Source of the DNA: a phage
Sequence record: PZ347661.1
Length of the DNA stretch: 64,000 nucleotides
Strand: one strand, 5' to 3'
In this document: positions 18,742 through 28,187 of the stretch, in pieces
Layout of the letters: each line of letters opens with the position of its first letter
Position numbering within the stretch: the first letter of the stretch is position 1
Position numbers and translations under genes: made by a program
The notes under the pieces: generated by a model
Seen by the model: the letters and a program-made list of their open reading frames with translations, nothing else
What the model was told of the DNA's origin: nothing
Databases searched by the model: none

Positions 18742-19699
18742 TGTCTCACTGGCTCTGGCTGTATGGCTACTACATGATGAGTATGATTACGTAGACAATC
18801 CTAAGTATCTGTCTGTTACTACATTGCTTAAGCCTATTAAGCAAATCGTCATGAAACATCGTGTAGATCTCAGTGACCAGTCAATTGATGTTATGGATTT
18901 TGTCTCCACATCAATGGGTACTGGCTTACATGACTCTATCGAGAAAGCCTGGAAGCTGGGTCATAAGACTGCATTGAAGAAGCTAGGTTATCCTCAGCGC
19001 GTAATTGATGCAGTAGTCATTAATCCAACCGAAGCAGACTTTGATGCTAACCCTGACCTTATCCCAATCTACATTGAACAACGTGGAACCAGGGTAGTTA
19101 AGGGTTGGACTATCGGTGGTAAGTTCGACATCGTAACAGAAGGTCTGTTGCAGGACTTTAAGTCCACTTCAACCTATTCCTGGGTTGCTGGTTCCCGTGA
19201 TGATGAACACAAGATGCAAGGTAGCTTATATCGTTGGATTCACAACGACATCATTACCGAGGATGTAATCCGTATTAACTACATCTTCACTGACTTCATG
19301 AAGCATATGGCCAATAGCAATCCGAACTATCCTGCTAATCGTATTATGCACAAGGATATTCCGTTGCTATCTGTCGATAAGACTGAACGTTGGGTAGAAG
19401 AGAAGATTCACCTCATTGAGAAGTACTGGAATGCACCTGAAGAGGAAATTCCTGAATGTACTGACGAGGAGTTGTGGCGAACAGAGCCACAGTTCAAATA
19501 CTTCTCTGATGCTTCTAAGGTAGATGTACCTGGAGCCAGAAGTACCAAAAACTTTGACGATATGGCATCTGCTCGTATCTTCATGGCTGAAAAAGGTGGC
19601 AAGGGTGCTATCAAGGTCGTGGAGGGGCAGGTTAAGCGTTGTCTATACTGCCCTGTCGCGTCCATTTGCAAACAAAGAGAGAGATATTTTCCATCATGA
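18719..19699 (+). CDS. PD-(D/E)xK-type nuclease with C-terminal Cys cluster (putative)
   Basis: GKFDIVTEG...LQDFKST resembles the PD-(D/E)xK core; four Cys near C-terminus (PECT, RCLYCPVASIC). Confidence 0.4.
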   Translation: MKITNNHDVSLALAVWLLHDEYDYVDNPKYLSVTTLLKPIKQIVMKHRVDLSDQSIDVMDFVSTSMGTGLHDSIEKAWKLGHKTALKKLGYPQRVIDAVVINPTEADFDANPDLIPIYIEQRGTRVVKGWTIGGKFDIVTEGLLQDFKSTSTYSWVAGSRDDEHKMQGSLYRWIHNDIITEDVIRINYIFTDFMKHMANSNPNYPANRIMHKDIPLLSVDKTERWVEEKIHLIEKYWNAPEEEIPECTDEELWRTEPQFKYFSDASKVDVPGARSTKNFDDMASARIFMAEKGGKGAIKVVEGQVKRCLYCPVASICKQRERYFPS

Positions 19700-20211
19700 G
19701 TAAGCTGACCCAGCAACGTCTGAAAGAATTACTGCATTATGATGCTCAAACTGGCATCTTCACTCGTCGTATATCTCTCAGTAATCGCACACCAGTAGGT
19801 AGCATTGCTGGGTCAGTTAACAAGAGTGACGGCTATATCTATATAACTGTTGATGCCAAACGGGAAGCTGCTCACAGATTAGCTTGGTTCTATGTATATG
19901 GGGTATGGCCAGAAGGTCTTTTAGACCATAAGGACACTATTAAAACCCATAACTGGATAGACAATCTGAGAGAAGCCGATAAAAGTACTAACGGAGCTAA
20001 CCGTGGACTGAATAAAAACAACACTACAGGTTTTATGGGTGTTACAAAATTCAGGAGTGGATACCGAGCAGCAATTAAGGTAAACCACAAATCACATTTT
20101 CTAGGTGTATTCCCAGATGTAGTAGAGGCAGCTAAGGTATACGACAAAGCTGCATTAGAACATTTTGGGGAATTTGCCGTTACTAACATGAGCTTAGGAT
20201 TATTTAAATGA
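19696..20211 (+). CDS. HNH-AP2 homing endonuclease
   Basis: HNH_3-like AHRLAWFYVYG...DHKD...NWIDNLR plus AP2-like GVTKFRSGYRAAIKVNHKSHFLGVFPDVVEAAKVYDKAALEHFG; ATGA overlaps at both ends. Confidence 0.7.
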   Translation: MSKLTQQRLKELLHYDAQTGIFTRRISLSNRTPVGSIAGSVNKSDGYIYITVDAKREAAHRLAWFYVYGVWPEGLLDHKDTIKTHNWIDNLREADKSTNGANRGLNKNNTTGFMGVTKFRSGYRAAIKVNHKSHFLGVFPDVVEAAKVYDKAALEHFGEFAVTNMSLGLFK

Positions 20212-22361
20212 GTATTGACCTTACTGGCATAAGTCACCACCCTGCAATTGAAGAAATTGTAGACGTGCTGTGTAACAAGACACAAAACAACGACAGAGGA
20301 TTCTTCCGTGTCGAAGTAGCCTACTTCCTGGCTAAAATGGCATCCTGTATGGGTGCAACCATTGTCACTAAAGACCGTGGTGACTTACCAGTCAACATTT
20401 ACGCTATGGCATTAGCAACGTCTGGCTTCGGTAAAGGTCACTCGGTAAATATTATTGAAGACGGATTTATGACTGGCTTCCGTAAACGCTTTATGGAAGA
20501 CACCATGCCCGTCATTGCAAATGACCGTTTATGGAAGATTGCTAACGAACGTGCTGCTCGTCAGGGTACAGACCAGAATGATGAGTTTGATAAAGTTGAG
20601 GCAGAGTATAAGCGTGCTGGAGCATATCCGTTTACGTTTGACTCAGGTACTCCACCAGCAGTTAAACAATTACGTCACAAGCTGTTAATGGCTGGGTGTG
20701 GTTCAATCAACCTTCAGATTGATGAGATTGGTTCAAACCTGTTAGCTAACACAGATGTATTAACCCTGTTCCTGGAGCTATATGACCAGGGTAAGGTTAA
20801 GCAGAAGCTAACCAAAAACACTGCTGAAAGTGTTCGTGGAGAAGAACTGGATGGTAAGACTCCAGCTAACCTGTTGTTGTTTGGTACACCAAGTAAGCTA
20901 CTGGATGGTGGTCAGACCGAAGATCAGTTCTATGACTTCCTCGATACAGGGTATGCACGTCGCTGTCTGTTTGCCATTGGGCATTTAGACAAACGAGCAC
21001 ATGCAACAATGTCTCCGGAAGAAATCTACCGTAACCTGATTAAACAGGATAACGTGCAGTCTCTTGGCAAGTGGGCTAATCATTTCCATAGTCTGGCTGA
21101 CCCAAACCTGTTTGGTTTTAAAATGGTTGTGGAAGATGCTGTGGGGATTGCTCTGATTACTTACAAGATTGATTGTGAGAAACAGGCAGAGGCTATGGCT
21201 GACCACGAAGAGATTCGTAAGGCTGAAATTTCACACCGTTACTTCAAAGCTCTTAAGCTGGCAGGAGCACTGGCATTTGTTGACCAGAGTTCATTCATTG
21301 AGATGTCCCATCTTAAACAAGCAATCCTGCTTGTAGAGGAATCTGGAGCAGCATTCCAGGGTATTCTCAATCGTGAGAAAGCCTATGTGAAGCTGGCTAA
21401 GTACATTGCCTCTGTAGGTAAAGAAGTAACTCATGCTGACTTGCTGGAGTCATTGCCTTTCTATAAGAGCGGTAATGCAGCTCGTAATGAGATGATGACT
21501 CTTGCTACAGCATGGGGTTACAAACAGCACATCATCATTAAGAAAACCTTCAATGAAGGTATTGAGTTCTTCCGTGGTGAGACTCTGAAAGAAACTGACA
21601 TCAATGAGATGATAGTGGCATATAGTGATAGCTTTGCTTATGACTACATTGGTGAACGTGTACCGTTCGACCAGTTGCATGTATTAACCCAAGCTCCCGG
21701 TATGCACTGGGTAAACCATCATATGAAGAATGGGCATCGTTCTGAAGAGAACGTTATTCCAGGATTTAACATGATTGTTATTGACTGTGATGGTGGAGTA
21801 CCACTGCATATGTGCCATGAACTGATGAAGGAATATAAGTTCATGACCTATACCACTAAACGTCATTCTGATGAAGAGAACCGATTCCGACTGATTATTC
21901 CAATGAACTATGAGTTACACCTCGACACTGAGGAATACAAAGAGTTCATGAATAACGTTATGTCTTGGCTACCGTTCGAAACGGATGAGTCTGCTAATCA
22001 GCGAGCCAAGAAGTGGATGTCCTGCGAGATTGGTTCCTATCATTACAATCTTGAAGCAAATCTGTTGGATGTGCGTGACTTTATTCCTCGTACTAGTAAG
22101 AACGAGCAGTTCCGGAACCAGATGAAGGAAGTACAGTCGTTGGATAATCTGGAGCGTTGGTTCGCTAGTCGTATTGCTACCGGTAATCGTAATAATCAAA
22201 TGATTAAGTACGCACTGGCATTGGTTGACAGTGGTTGGGATTTTGCCCAAGTACAGCAAGCCGTCCACTCATTCAATAAGAAACTGGTTAATCCATTGCC
22301 AGATGATGAATTGAATGCAACCGTAATGGTCACCGTGGCTAAACGCTTCGCTGGCAAGTAA
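20208..22361 (+). CDS. primase-like replication protein (putative)
   Basis: 717 aa; IVIDCDGG acidic motif and C-terminal helical region; position between nuclease and recombination genes. Confidence 0.4.
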   Translation: MSIDLTGISHHPAIEEIVDVLCNKTQNNDRGFFRVEVAYFLAKMASCMGATIVTKDRGDLPVNIYAMALATSGFGKGHSVNIIEDGFMTGFRKRFMEDTMPVIANDRLWKIANERAARQGTDQNDEFDKVEAEYKRAGAYPFTFDSGTPPAVKQLRHKLLMAGCGSINLQIDEIGSNLLANTDVLTLFLELYDQGKVKQKLTKNTAESVRGEELDGKTPANLLLFGTPSKLLDGGQTEDQFYDFLDTGYARRCLFAIGHLDKRAHATMSPEEIYRNLIKQDNVQSLGKWANHFHSLADPNLFGFKMVVEDAVGIALITYKIDCEKQAEAMADHEEIRKAEISHRYFKALKLAGALAFVDQSSFIEMSHLKQAILLVEESGAAFQGILNREKAYVKLAKYIASVGKEVTHADLLESLPFYKSGNAARNEMMTLATAWGYKQHIIIKKTFNEGIEFFRGETLKETDINEMIVAYSDSFAYDYIGERVPFDQLHVLTQAPGMHWVNHHMKNGHRSEENVIPGFNMIVIDCDGGVPLHMCHELMKEYKFMTYTTKRHSDEENRFRLIIPMNYELHLDTEEYKEFMNNVMSWLPFETDESANQRAKKWMSCEIGSYHYNLEANLLDVRDFIPRTSKNEQFRNQMKEVQSLDNLERWFASRIATGNRNNQMIKYALALVDSGWDFAQVQQAVHSFNKKLVNPLPDDELNATVMVTVAKRFAGK

Positions 22362-22417
22362 GCAAACAGGAGTCTTTCTTTGGTTTGAAGGACTCCTAAA
22401 TTAAATGAGGAAAAATA

Positions 22418-23170
22418 ATGTCCGAAGTAATTCCCAATGATATGAACACTCAGCTAATCCTGATTGCAGGATTCTCAGCGAGCGGTAAATCAGCATCACT
22501 GCGTAACATCCGGAACCAGGAACGCTGGCTCTATCTGAACACTGAAGCAGGTAAACGTCTGCCTTTCCGTAACAAATTCAATACCTACAACATCGAAGAC
22601 CCATATCAGATTTGGGAAGCATTTGATGTTGCATCTCCTGGTGGAGAAATGGCAGATGATGTTGATGGTATCATCATTGACTCAGCAACCTTTATGATGG
22701 ATATGCTGGAATCCCAGTATGTATTGCCCTCTGCAAACACACAAAAGGCATGGGGTGATTTTGCACAGTTCTTTAAGATACTGCTGCAACAGAAAGTTGT
22801 TAAGTTTGGTAAGCCAGTAATCATTACTGCTCATGCTAAAGACGAACTGGATGAAGCTGCTGGTGTGATGAAAACATTCATCCCAGTGAAAGGTTCTCTT
22901 AAGAATAACGGGCTTGAAGCCTACTTCTCTACAGTGGTTTACGCAGAACGTGTAGACATTAAAGAACTGGAGAAGTATGGGAACAAGATGCTTGAAATTA
23001 CGGAAGAAGAACGTGACTTAGGGTATAAGCACGTATTCCAGACCCGTCCAACCAAGAAGTCAGTAGGTAAACGACTTCGTTCCCCAATGGGTATGTTTGA
23101 TAAGTCCGAGACTTATATCGACAATGATGCCCAGAAACTCTTAGACCACCTGGCTGAATACTACGCTTAA
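22418..23170 (+). CDS. AAA_24-type (Sak4-like) ATPase
   Basis: N-terminal P-loop LILIAGFSASGKSAS followed by NTEAG; 250 aa. Confidence 0.5.
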   Translation: MSEVIPNDMNTQLILIAGFSASGKSASLRNIRNQERWLYLNTEAGKRLPFRNKFNTYNIEDPYQIWEAFDVASPGGEMADDVDGIIIDSATFMMDMLESQYVLPSANTQKAWGDFAQFFKILLQQKVVKFGKPVIITAHAKDELDEAAGVMKTFIPVKGSLKNNGLEAYFSTVVYAERVDIKELEKYGNKMLEITEEERDLGYKHVFQTRPTKKSVGKRLRSPMGMFDKSETYIDNDAQKLLDHLAEYYA

Positions 23171-23209
23171 GCGTTTGTCTGGTTGTTAATCACTTATTAG
23201 GAAAATCAT

Positions 23210-24013
23210 ATGTCATTGTTCAGTAATCTGAAAGAAAAAACCAAAAACGTTGAAGCTGCTAAAGACTCCCTGGGTGGGGGTGGCTTCGGTGCAAAAGAAA
23301 CCGATATCTACACCGGTACTGTAAAAGTAGCTTACGTAGGCAAAGCTGACTCTGGTGCAGACTGGATGCAGTTAATCATTGAAGACCTGAAGAACTCTGA
23401 TGGCGTACCTGCTGGTGAGTTCCGTGCTCAGGTGTACTTCACTTCTGGTAATGCTAAAGGTAACAAGCCAACTTACGAGAAGAATGGCAAAGAATACTTC
23501 TTGCCTGGCTACACTGTCATTAACGACATGATGCTGATGGCTACCGGTACTGAACTGCCTGAAGCAGACTTCGAAGAGAAGATTGTTAAGGTCTATGACT
23601 TCGATGCTAAAGCAGAGGTTAATAAATCCGTCATGGTTCCAGTTGACCTGGTTGGTCAGACTGTTACCTTCGCTCTGGAAAAAGTTCTGGAATCTAAGCA
23701 GGTTAAAGGTGACAACGGCTACGTTGACTCCGGTGAAACTCGTGAAGTAAACGAGATCCAGAAAGTGTTTCATCCGGAACTGCTGGTCACAGTCGTCGAG
23801 GCTCAGGAAGCAGAGAAGGCTGAGAAAGAACTGACCCCAGAACTGGCTGTATTCTATGCAGCATGGCTGGAAAAGAACAAAGGCAAGACTCGTGATAAGA
23901 CCAAGGGTTCTGCTGGTGGTAATGGTAAAGGTGGCTTGCCTCCTAAACCAGGTGCAGGTGCTGGCACGGGTACTACTCCTGCTGGTGGTAAATCACTGTT
24001 CGGTAAACGTTAA
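23210..24013 (+). CDS. single-stranded DNA-binding protein (N4 SSB-like, by synteny and size)
   Basis: 267 aa with Gly-rich C-terminal tail; located between ATPase and resolvase. Confidence 0.45.
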   Translation: MSLFSNLKEKTKNVEAAKDSLGGGGFGAKETDIYTGTVKVAYVGKADSGADWMQLIIEDLKNSDGVPAGEFRAQVYFTSGNAKGNKPTYEKNGKEYFLPGYTVINDMMLMATGTELPEADFEEKIVKVYDFDAKAEVNKSVMVPVDLVGQTVTFALEKVLESKQVKGDNGYVDSGETREVNEIQKVFHPELLVTVVEAQEAEKAEKELTPELAVFYAAWLEKNKGKTRDKTKGSAGGNGKGGLPPKPGAGAGTGTTPAGGKSLFGKR

Positions 24014-24567
24014 TGAAAATCCCAATTGTTGGTGCAGACATTAGTCTCCGCAATTGGGGTTTAGCTCGTGGGATGCTGGACATTGAGTCCGGCGTCTTCG
24101 AGCAGGTCGAACTTAAACTGGTTCAAACTGAAGTTGACCACAACAAACAAGTTCGAACCAACTCCAAAGATATACAAGCCGCTCACGATTTGTTTCTTGG
24201 TTGTGAGGAATGGTTACGGTCTGCTAAAGCAGTATTCGTAGAAGTACCAGTAGGCTCTCAGTCTGCTAACGGTATGAAATCCTATGGAGTATGCGTAGGA
24301 TTAATCGGTGCATTTCGTGCATTGGGTTGTCCAATCTTTGAAGTATCCCCAATTGAAAACAAACTTGCACTGGTCGGTGATAAAACTGCATCTAAGGACA
24401 CGATGATTCGTGCTGCTCATGCCATTTATCCTGAAGCCAACTGGCTCACAGATAAGAAGGGCAAACTTCTGAATAAGAATGAGCACTTAGCAGATGCAAT
24501 CGGTGCAATCCATGCTGGTGTAAATCTCCCAGCTTTCCAGAACCTCATTAAGTTATTAAAGGCGTAA
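24013..24567 (+). CDS. RuvC-like Holliday junction resolvase
   Basis: N-terminal IVGADIS, EVPVGSQSANG and C-terminal HLADAIGAIHAG resemble RuvC catalytic motifs. Confidence 0.55.
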   Translation: MKIPIVGADISLRNWGLARGMLDIESGVFEQVELKLVQTEVDHNKQVRTNSKDIQAAHDLFLGCEEWLRSAKAVFVEVPVGSQSANGMKSYGVCVGLIGAFRALGCPIFEVSPIENKLALVGDKTASKDTMIRAAHAIYPEANWLTDKKGKLLNKNEHLADAIGAIHAGVNLPAFQNLIKLLKA

Positions 24568-24568
24568 T

Positions 24569-25021
24569 ATGCAAATCATTTTGAACCAGTCCGAAGTAGA
24601 AGCTGCTGTACAGGCTTATGTTGATGATCAAATCAATCTTGCTGGTGACATTAATATTGTCATCAATGCAGATGGTACAGCCTCCGTTGGTATCAACGAA
24701 GAGGTTCACGAAGATACTCCACCCGTGGGAGTAGAGAAGAAAACTCGTCGTTCTCGCAAAAATCCACAGGAAGCTAAACATCGTCCGGTAGAACCAGAGC
24801 CGGAAGAAGCTGTTGAAGAGGTAAAGGTAGAAGAAACCCAGACCTCTACTGGTGGTCCGAACGGGAATTCTACGCCGGAACCTGAAGAAGAAGCAGTAAC
24901 TGAACCAGTAGCACAAGAAGAAGTTGTGCAGGAAGAGGCCAAGAAAGAAGATCGTGAGCTTCCTCCGGAAGAACGACCGGTAACGAAGCCTTCACTGTTC
25001 GCTGGCCTTAAACGTAGTTAA
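24569..25021 (+). CDS. acidic Pro/Glu-rich hypothetical protein
   Basis: 150-aa low-complexity ORF. Confidence 0.35.
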   Translation: MQIILNQSEVEAAVQAYVDDQINLAGDINIVINADGTASVGINEEVHEDTPPVGVEKKTRRSRKNPQEAKHRPVEPEPEEAVEEVKVEETQTSTGGPNGNSTPEPEEEAVTEPVAQEEVVQEEAKKEDRELPPEERPVTKPSLFAGLKRS

Positions 25022-25845
25022 TCTGGTAGGTGGCTCAGAAGCTGCTGCTATTTGTGGTAGTGTTCATAATTCTGATGCTATTGCTTATCAGGATTCTGGA
25101 CGTGTCGGCTCCATACATAGCATTTATCATCACTGTGCTTATACTTTGGAAACTCAGTGATAAAAACGGTGGTGACAAGCCGCCAGACTAACAACAACCG
25201 AACCAGTGTGCAGGAATACTCTCCCCTGTGCATTGGTTCAACTGAGACTAATATGAACAAATTTACTATTCACTGGCTCAATGGAAAGGTTAGTTCTTTC
25301 ATGGGTGGAGAACCTGTTGAAGGAAAGAAAGCATTTCACATTGAATCAGAAGGCTGCAAAATCTTAATACCATACGCTTGGTATAAAGATGGTGAAGTAG
25401 AAGCATTAAAAAAGAGTAGTTAATATCGTGAAGGGTTCTGTTAGAATCCTTTGAGATAGGAACTCCTATCATAACCTTTCTTAACTTAATCTTTGCCGTA
25501 TGGCACTGACGCTAGGGGTGGCCCCCCATCCGTCAGGTAGACTATTTTAAGAATGGGTTATCACAGCAAATGTAAAGCAACATTCGGGTTAATCAATGGC
25601 CTCTCCCTATAGGGGCCATTTCTGAATCTTAGGCTATATCCCAAAGGTTAATATCTTTGGGATAAGGCTTCAGATCCCTTATCAACTAACCGCTCAATGT
25701 TGAGCATTTTAATCACATAAGCCCCTATATGGGCTGGGTTAAATGTCGGATAGCATAGCTACCTACAGCATCGAATTGTTAGGTCTTACATGCAAACTAA
25801 ATCATAGGGTAAAGAGGGACTCGTCCTCCCTCCCCTATTATAATG

Positions 25846-25915
25846 GTCGGGGTAGCGCGTAGGCATGTGCAGAAGGTCGCTACTTCTCTCGCTGGTTCGA
25901 ATCCAGCCCCCGACC
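25846..25915 (+). tRNA. tRNA-like gene, 70 nt, isotype uncertain
   Basis: Acceptor GTCGGGG/CCCCGAC 7 bp; T-arm GCTGG-TTCGAAT-CCAGC; D-stem GCGC/GTGC; anticodon stem AGAAG/CTTCT with loop GTCGCTA (possible CGC); short variable loop. Confidence 0.4.
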
Positions 25916-26466
25916 TACTGACATCCTATCAATGAGTACATTAGGCTAACGTGCGGAGGTTTACACTGTAGCCGGTGTAGGTGGAGAAGACGGCAGGATA
26001 GCTACCTGTGCTTAGTGTACTCTTTGATAGTTTTCGTAAGCGATTATGCGGTTTTTTAGAAACGAACCAATAACATAAATGCAAACGATGATGTTGTTCT
26101 GATGGCGGCGTAATAGCCTATAAGTCAGCAAGGTCTTCCGATTCCTTGTAAACAAATTCGGCGCAGTGGCCCGCTGTGATTAATAATGGGCACACAACAG
26201 GTAAGAGCATTTAGGCTACTGAGAAATCATCCGAGGCAATCAGACCTATCTTCTGTTAAGTGCTCTTTCCGTTGTGGTGAATGTGCAGGCTGATGCGCAG
26301 TGGGACGTGGCTGACTCACGAGGATGGCTCAAGCGAATAAGCAAGCTCGACGCCGCCGAATAAGCGCCTTATGCCGGAGATCAGTACCGGCCACCACAAC
26401 AAGTCCAGACGATATCTGAGTGACTATAAAAACAGATGGAGCCAGGTGGAATCCCTGGCAACTAAT

Positions 26467-26532
26467 TCCGGTGTAGGTACTAGTGTCGTGCACGGCATGA
26501 GTGTTCTGGTTCGAGTCCAGACGCCGGAACCA
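26467..26532 (+). ncRNA. tRNA-like minihelix element with encoded CCA
   Basis: TCCGGTG pairs with CGCCGGA; T-arm TCTGG-TTCGAGT-CCAGA; discriminator A then CCA; body only about 63 nt, too short for a full cloverleaf. Confidence 0.3.
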
Positions 26533-26534
26533 AT

Positions 26535-26658
26535 TACCAGTTGCACGAGATGGCTTGATATGTTCAAGTTTGGACTAAGTGTGACACCGCTAGATTGGAG
26601 AGCTGCTGCGGTAAGCTATAGACTCCAACCGGGGGTTCGAATCCCTCACTGGTAACCA
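26535..26658 (+). ncRNA. tRNA-like element with oversized body and encoded CCA
   Basis: TACCAGT pairs perfectly with ACTGGTA; T-arm GGGGG-TTCGAAT-CCCTC; discriminator A then CCA; about 121 nt between acceptor strands with internal hairpins. Confidence 0.3.
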
Positions 26659-27102
26659 ATTCAAAGTAGCATTGCACTAATCCATCCCGGAGTTCAAAGG
26701 CCAAACATGGAGCAGTGCTACTTTGAATTAGAAAGATTATGGGGGTAAGTCGTAACCATACGACGGCGTAAGTACCAGATGAGACTTCTGGACGCCCCTA
26801 CCAGATTTGGGGTGTAACAGTTAGATCCAGTTGCCGGAAGTGCTATTCTAGATACGCTGCCAATGTGTGAACGGTAAGGCTGTACAGGACTCGGACTCCC
26901 ACCTCAAACCAAAGTCGCCAGGTACTTATGGCAAACGGGTAGTAACGAACTAGTCATTCGTCAAACGCCCAACCTATTATGAGTCAGCAAGAACGCCTTC
27001 ACTTAAACTTAAACAAAAAAGCTTAACGCAATAATTATGTAGGGGTATGTAAGGATTGCGAAGAAGGAGCCAGTTAAAGTCTGGCATGGCTCAACCTATT
27101 AT

Positions 27103-27176
27103 GCCCACTTAGCTTAGACAGGGAAAGCAACCGACTAATAATCGGAAGGTCACTGGTTCAAATCCAGTAGTGGGTA
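27103..27176 (+). tRNA. tRNA gene, canonical cloverleaf, anticodon loop CTAATAA
   Basis: Acceptor GCCCACT/AGTGGGT; T8 A9; D-stem GCTT/AAGC with 9-nt loop containing GGG; anticodon stem CCGA/TCGG; 5-nt variable loop; T-arm ACTGG-TTCAAAT-CCAGT; 74 nt. Confidence 0.55.
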
Positions 27177-27491
27177 CTTATTTGCTGCAATATTCCCATA
27201 GGGAATGGTGCCGTATACGCCACCTAGTTTCTGGTGAAACTCCAGATGCAGCAATCCATTCAGCAGTAACATAGTCCTGATTGCATTGCACTCTAAAGAC
27301 AACACTGGTAAGACAGTCCAGTGACTGCTAATGTACTGTTATTCCCCTCGACGGGAATTTCGCTAGTGAAGGTAACACTTAAAAATCCAAACCTACGTCT
27401 TACTACTATCGGGCTATCAACCCACAGTCGCTTAACACACTAGTGGTAGTAGTTTGACGGCCTAGCCTCGTTAGCTGCGTTAAAGCTACTA

Positions 27492-27517
27492 AGTCCCTCT
27501 TCGGAGGGACTTTTTTA
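27492..27517 (+). terminator. rho-independent terminator
   Basis: AGTCCCTC-ttcg-GAGGGACT followed by TTTTTT. Confidence 0.75.
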
Positions 27518-27687
27518 TTTGAGTATTAATAAATGGATATTCAGGATGATTGACCTAATTTCTACTCCGTATGCCTATGAGGTAACGGATAACCGAGGAC
27601 ATAAGTACTTGGTATTTGCAGGTAGCGTAGCCTATAACAACGCAGTAATGTTTAAGTACAAACTCAAACCACTCTATGAGGCTAATA

Positions 27688-28068
27688 ATGGCAACAGTAA
27701 GTAAAGAAGCAATCGAAGCTAAGATTAAGAGCATTTACTTTTTCAATGGTGCTGACGCAGTGAAGTCTGCATTCGTTGATCCATCTGCACTTCCAGCAGA
27801 TGATTTGGCTAACCTGGGTCTGACAACTCATTGCATTATCATCCTGGAAAATGGATTCAAAGTTGAAGGCGTATCCGCCTGCGTAGACCCGGCTATCTAT
27901 GATGAGCAAAAAGGTCGTCAGTATGCATATGAAAATGCATTCAATAAGATTTGGGAATTAGAAGGTTATCTGCTACGTCAGGCACTGCATGAGAAAGAAG
28001 AGACTGCTAAAGCTCTGGCTTCCTTTGCAGAAAACAATACCTGTGATGGTGGTGGTTGTACAATCTGA
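27688..28068 (+). CDS. hypothetical protein
   Basis: ORF with start at MATVSKE (27688); 126 aa. Confidence 0.4.
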   Translation: MATVSKEAIEAKIKSIYFFNGADAVKSAFVDPSALPADDLANLGLTTHCIIILENGFKVEGVSACVDPAIYDEQKGRQYAYENAFNKIWELEGYLLRQALHEKEETAKALASFAENNTCDGGGCTI

Positions 28069-28187
28069 TTCAAAGGTGTATGGTAGTTTTTACCGAAAGG
28101 TACTGAACTACCCGACAAAGTAGTAAGGCTCAAGAAGCCAAAACAAAACAAGCCCTCCTAGCGAGGGCTTTATCATTTGAGGTAGTT

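Larger units (their letters stand above)
25440..27520 (+). other. gene-free tRNA-like / structured-RNA island
   Basis: About 2 kb without a credible ORF; four T-arm signatures (GGTTCGAATCC x2, GGTTCGAGTCC, GGTTCAAATCC) each followed by a sequence complementary to an upstream 7-mer; many palindromes; closed by terminator 27492-27517. Confidence 0.6.

Noticed and set aside
22369-22397. AGGAGTC...GACTCCT inverted repeat after the primase-like gene as a terminator
   Set aside because: The loop is about 15 nt and there is no downstream T-run; it may be a weak regulatory hairpin but is not a canonical terminator.
25596-25620. CCCTATAGGG palindrome reminiscent of a T7-class promoter end (TATAGGG)
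   Set aside because: Upstream sequence does not resemble any T7/T3/SP6 promoter core and the motif is not repeated as a consensus; treated only as one of the island's palindromes.
26371-26655. 94-aa + strand ORF inside the tRNA-like island
   Set aside because: It spans two T-arm/acceptor elements and an encoded CCA, has no convincing RBS and a low-complexity translation; it is more likely a chance ORF over structured RNA.
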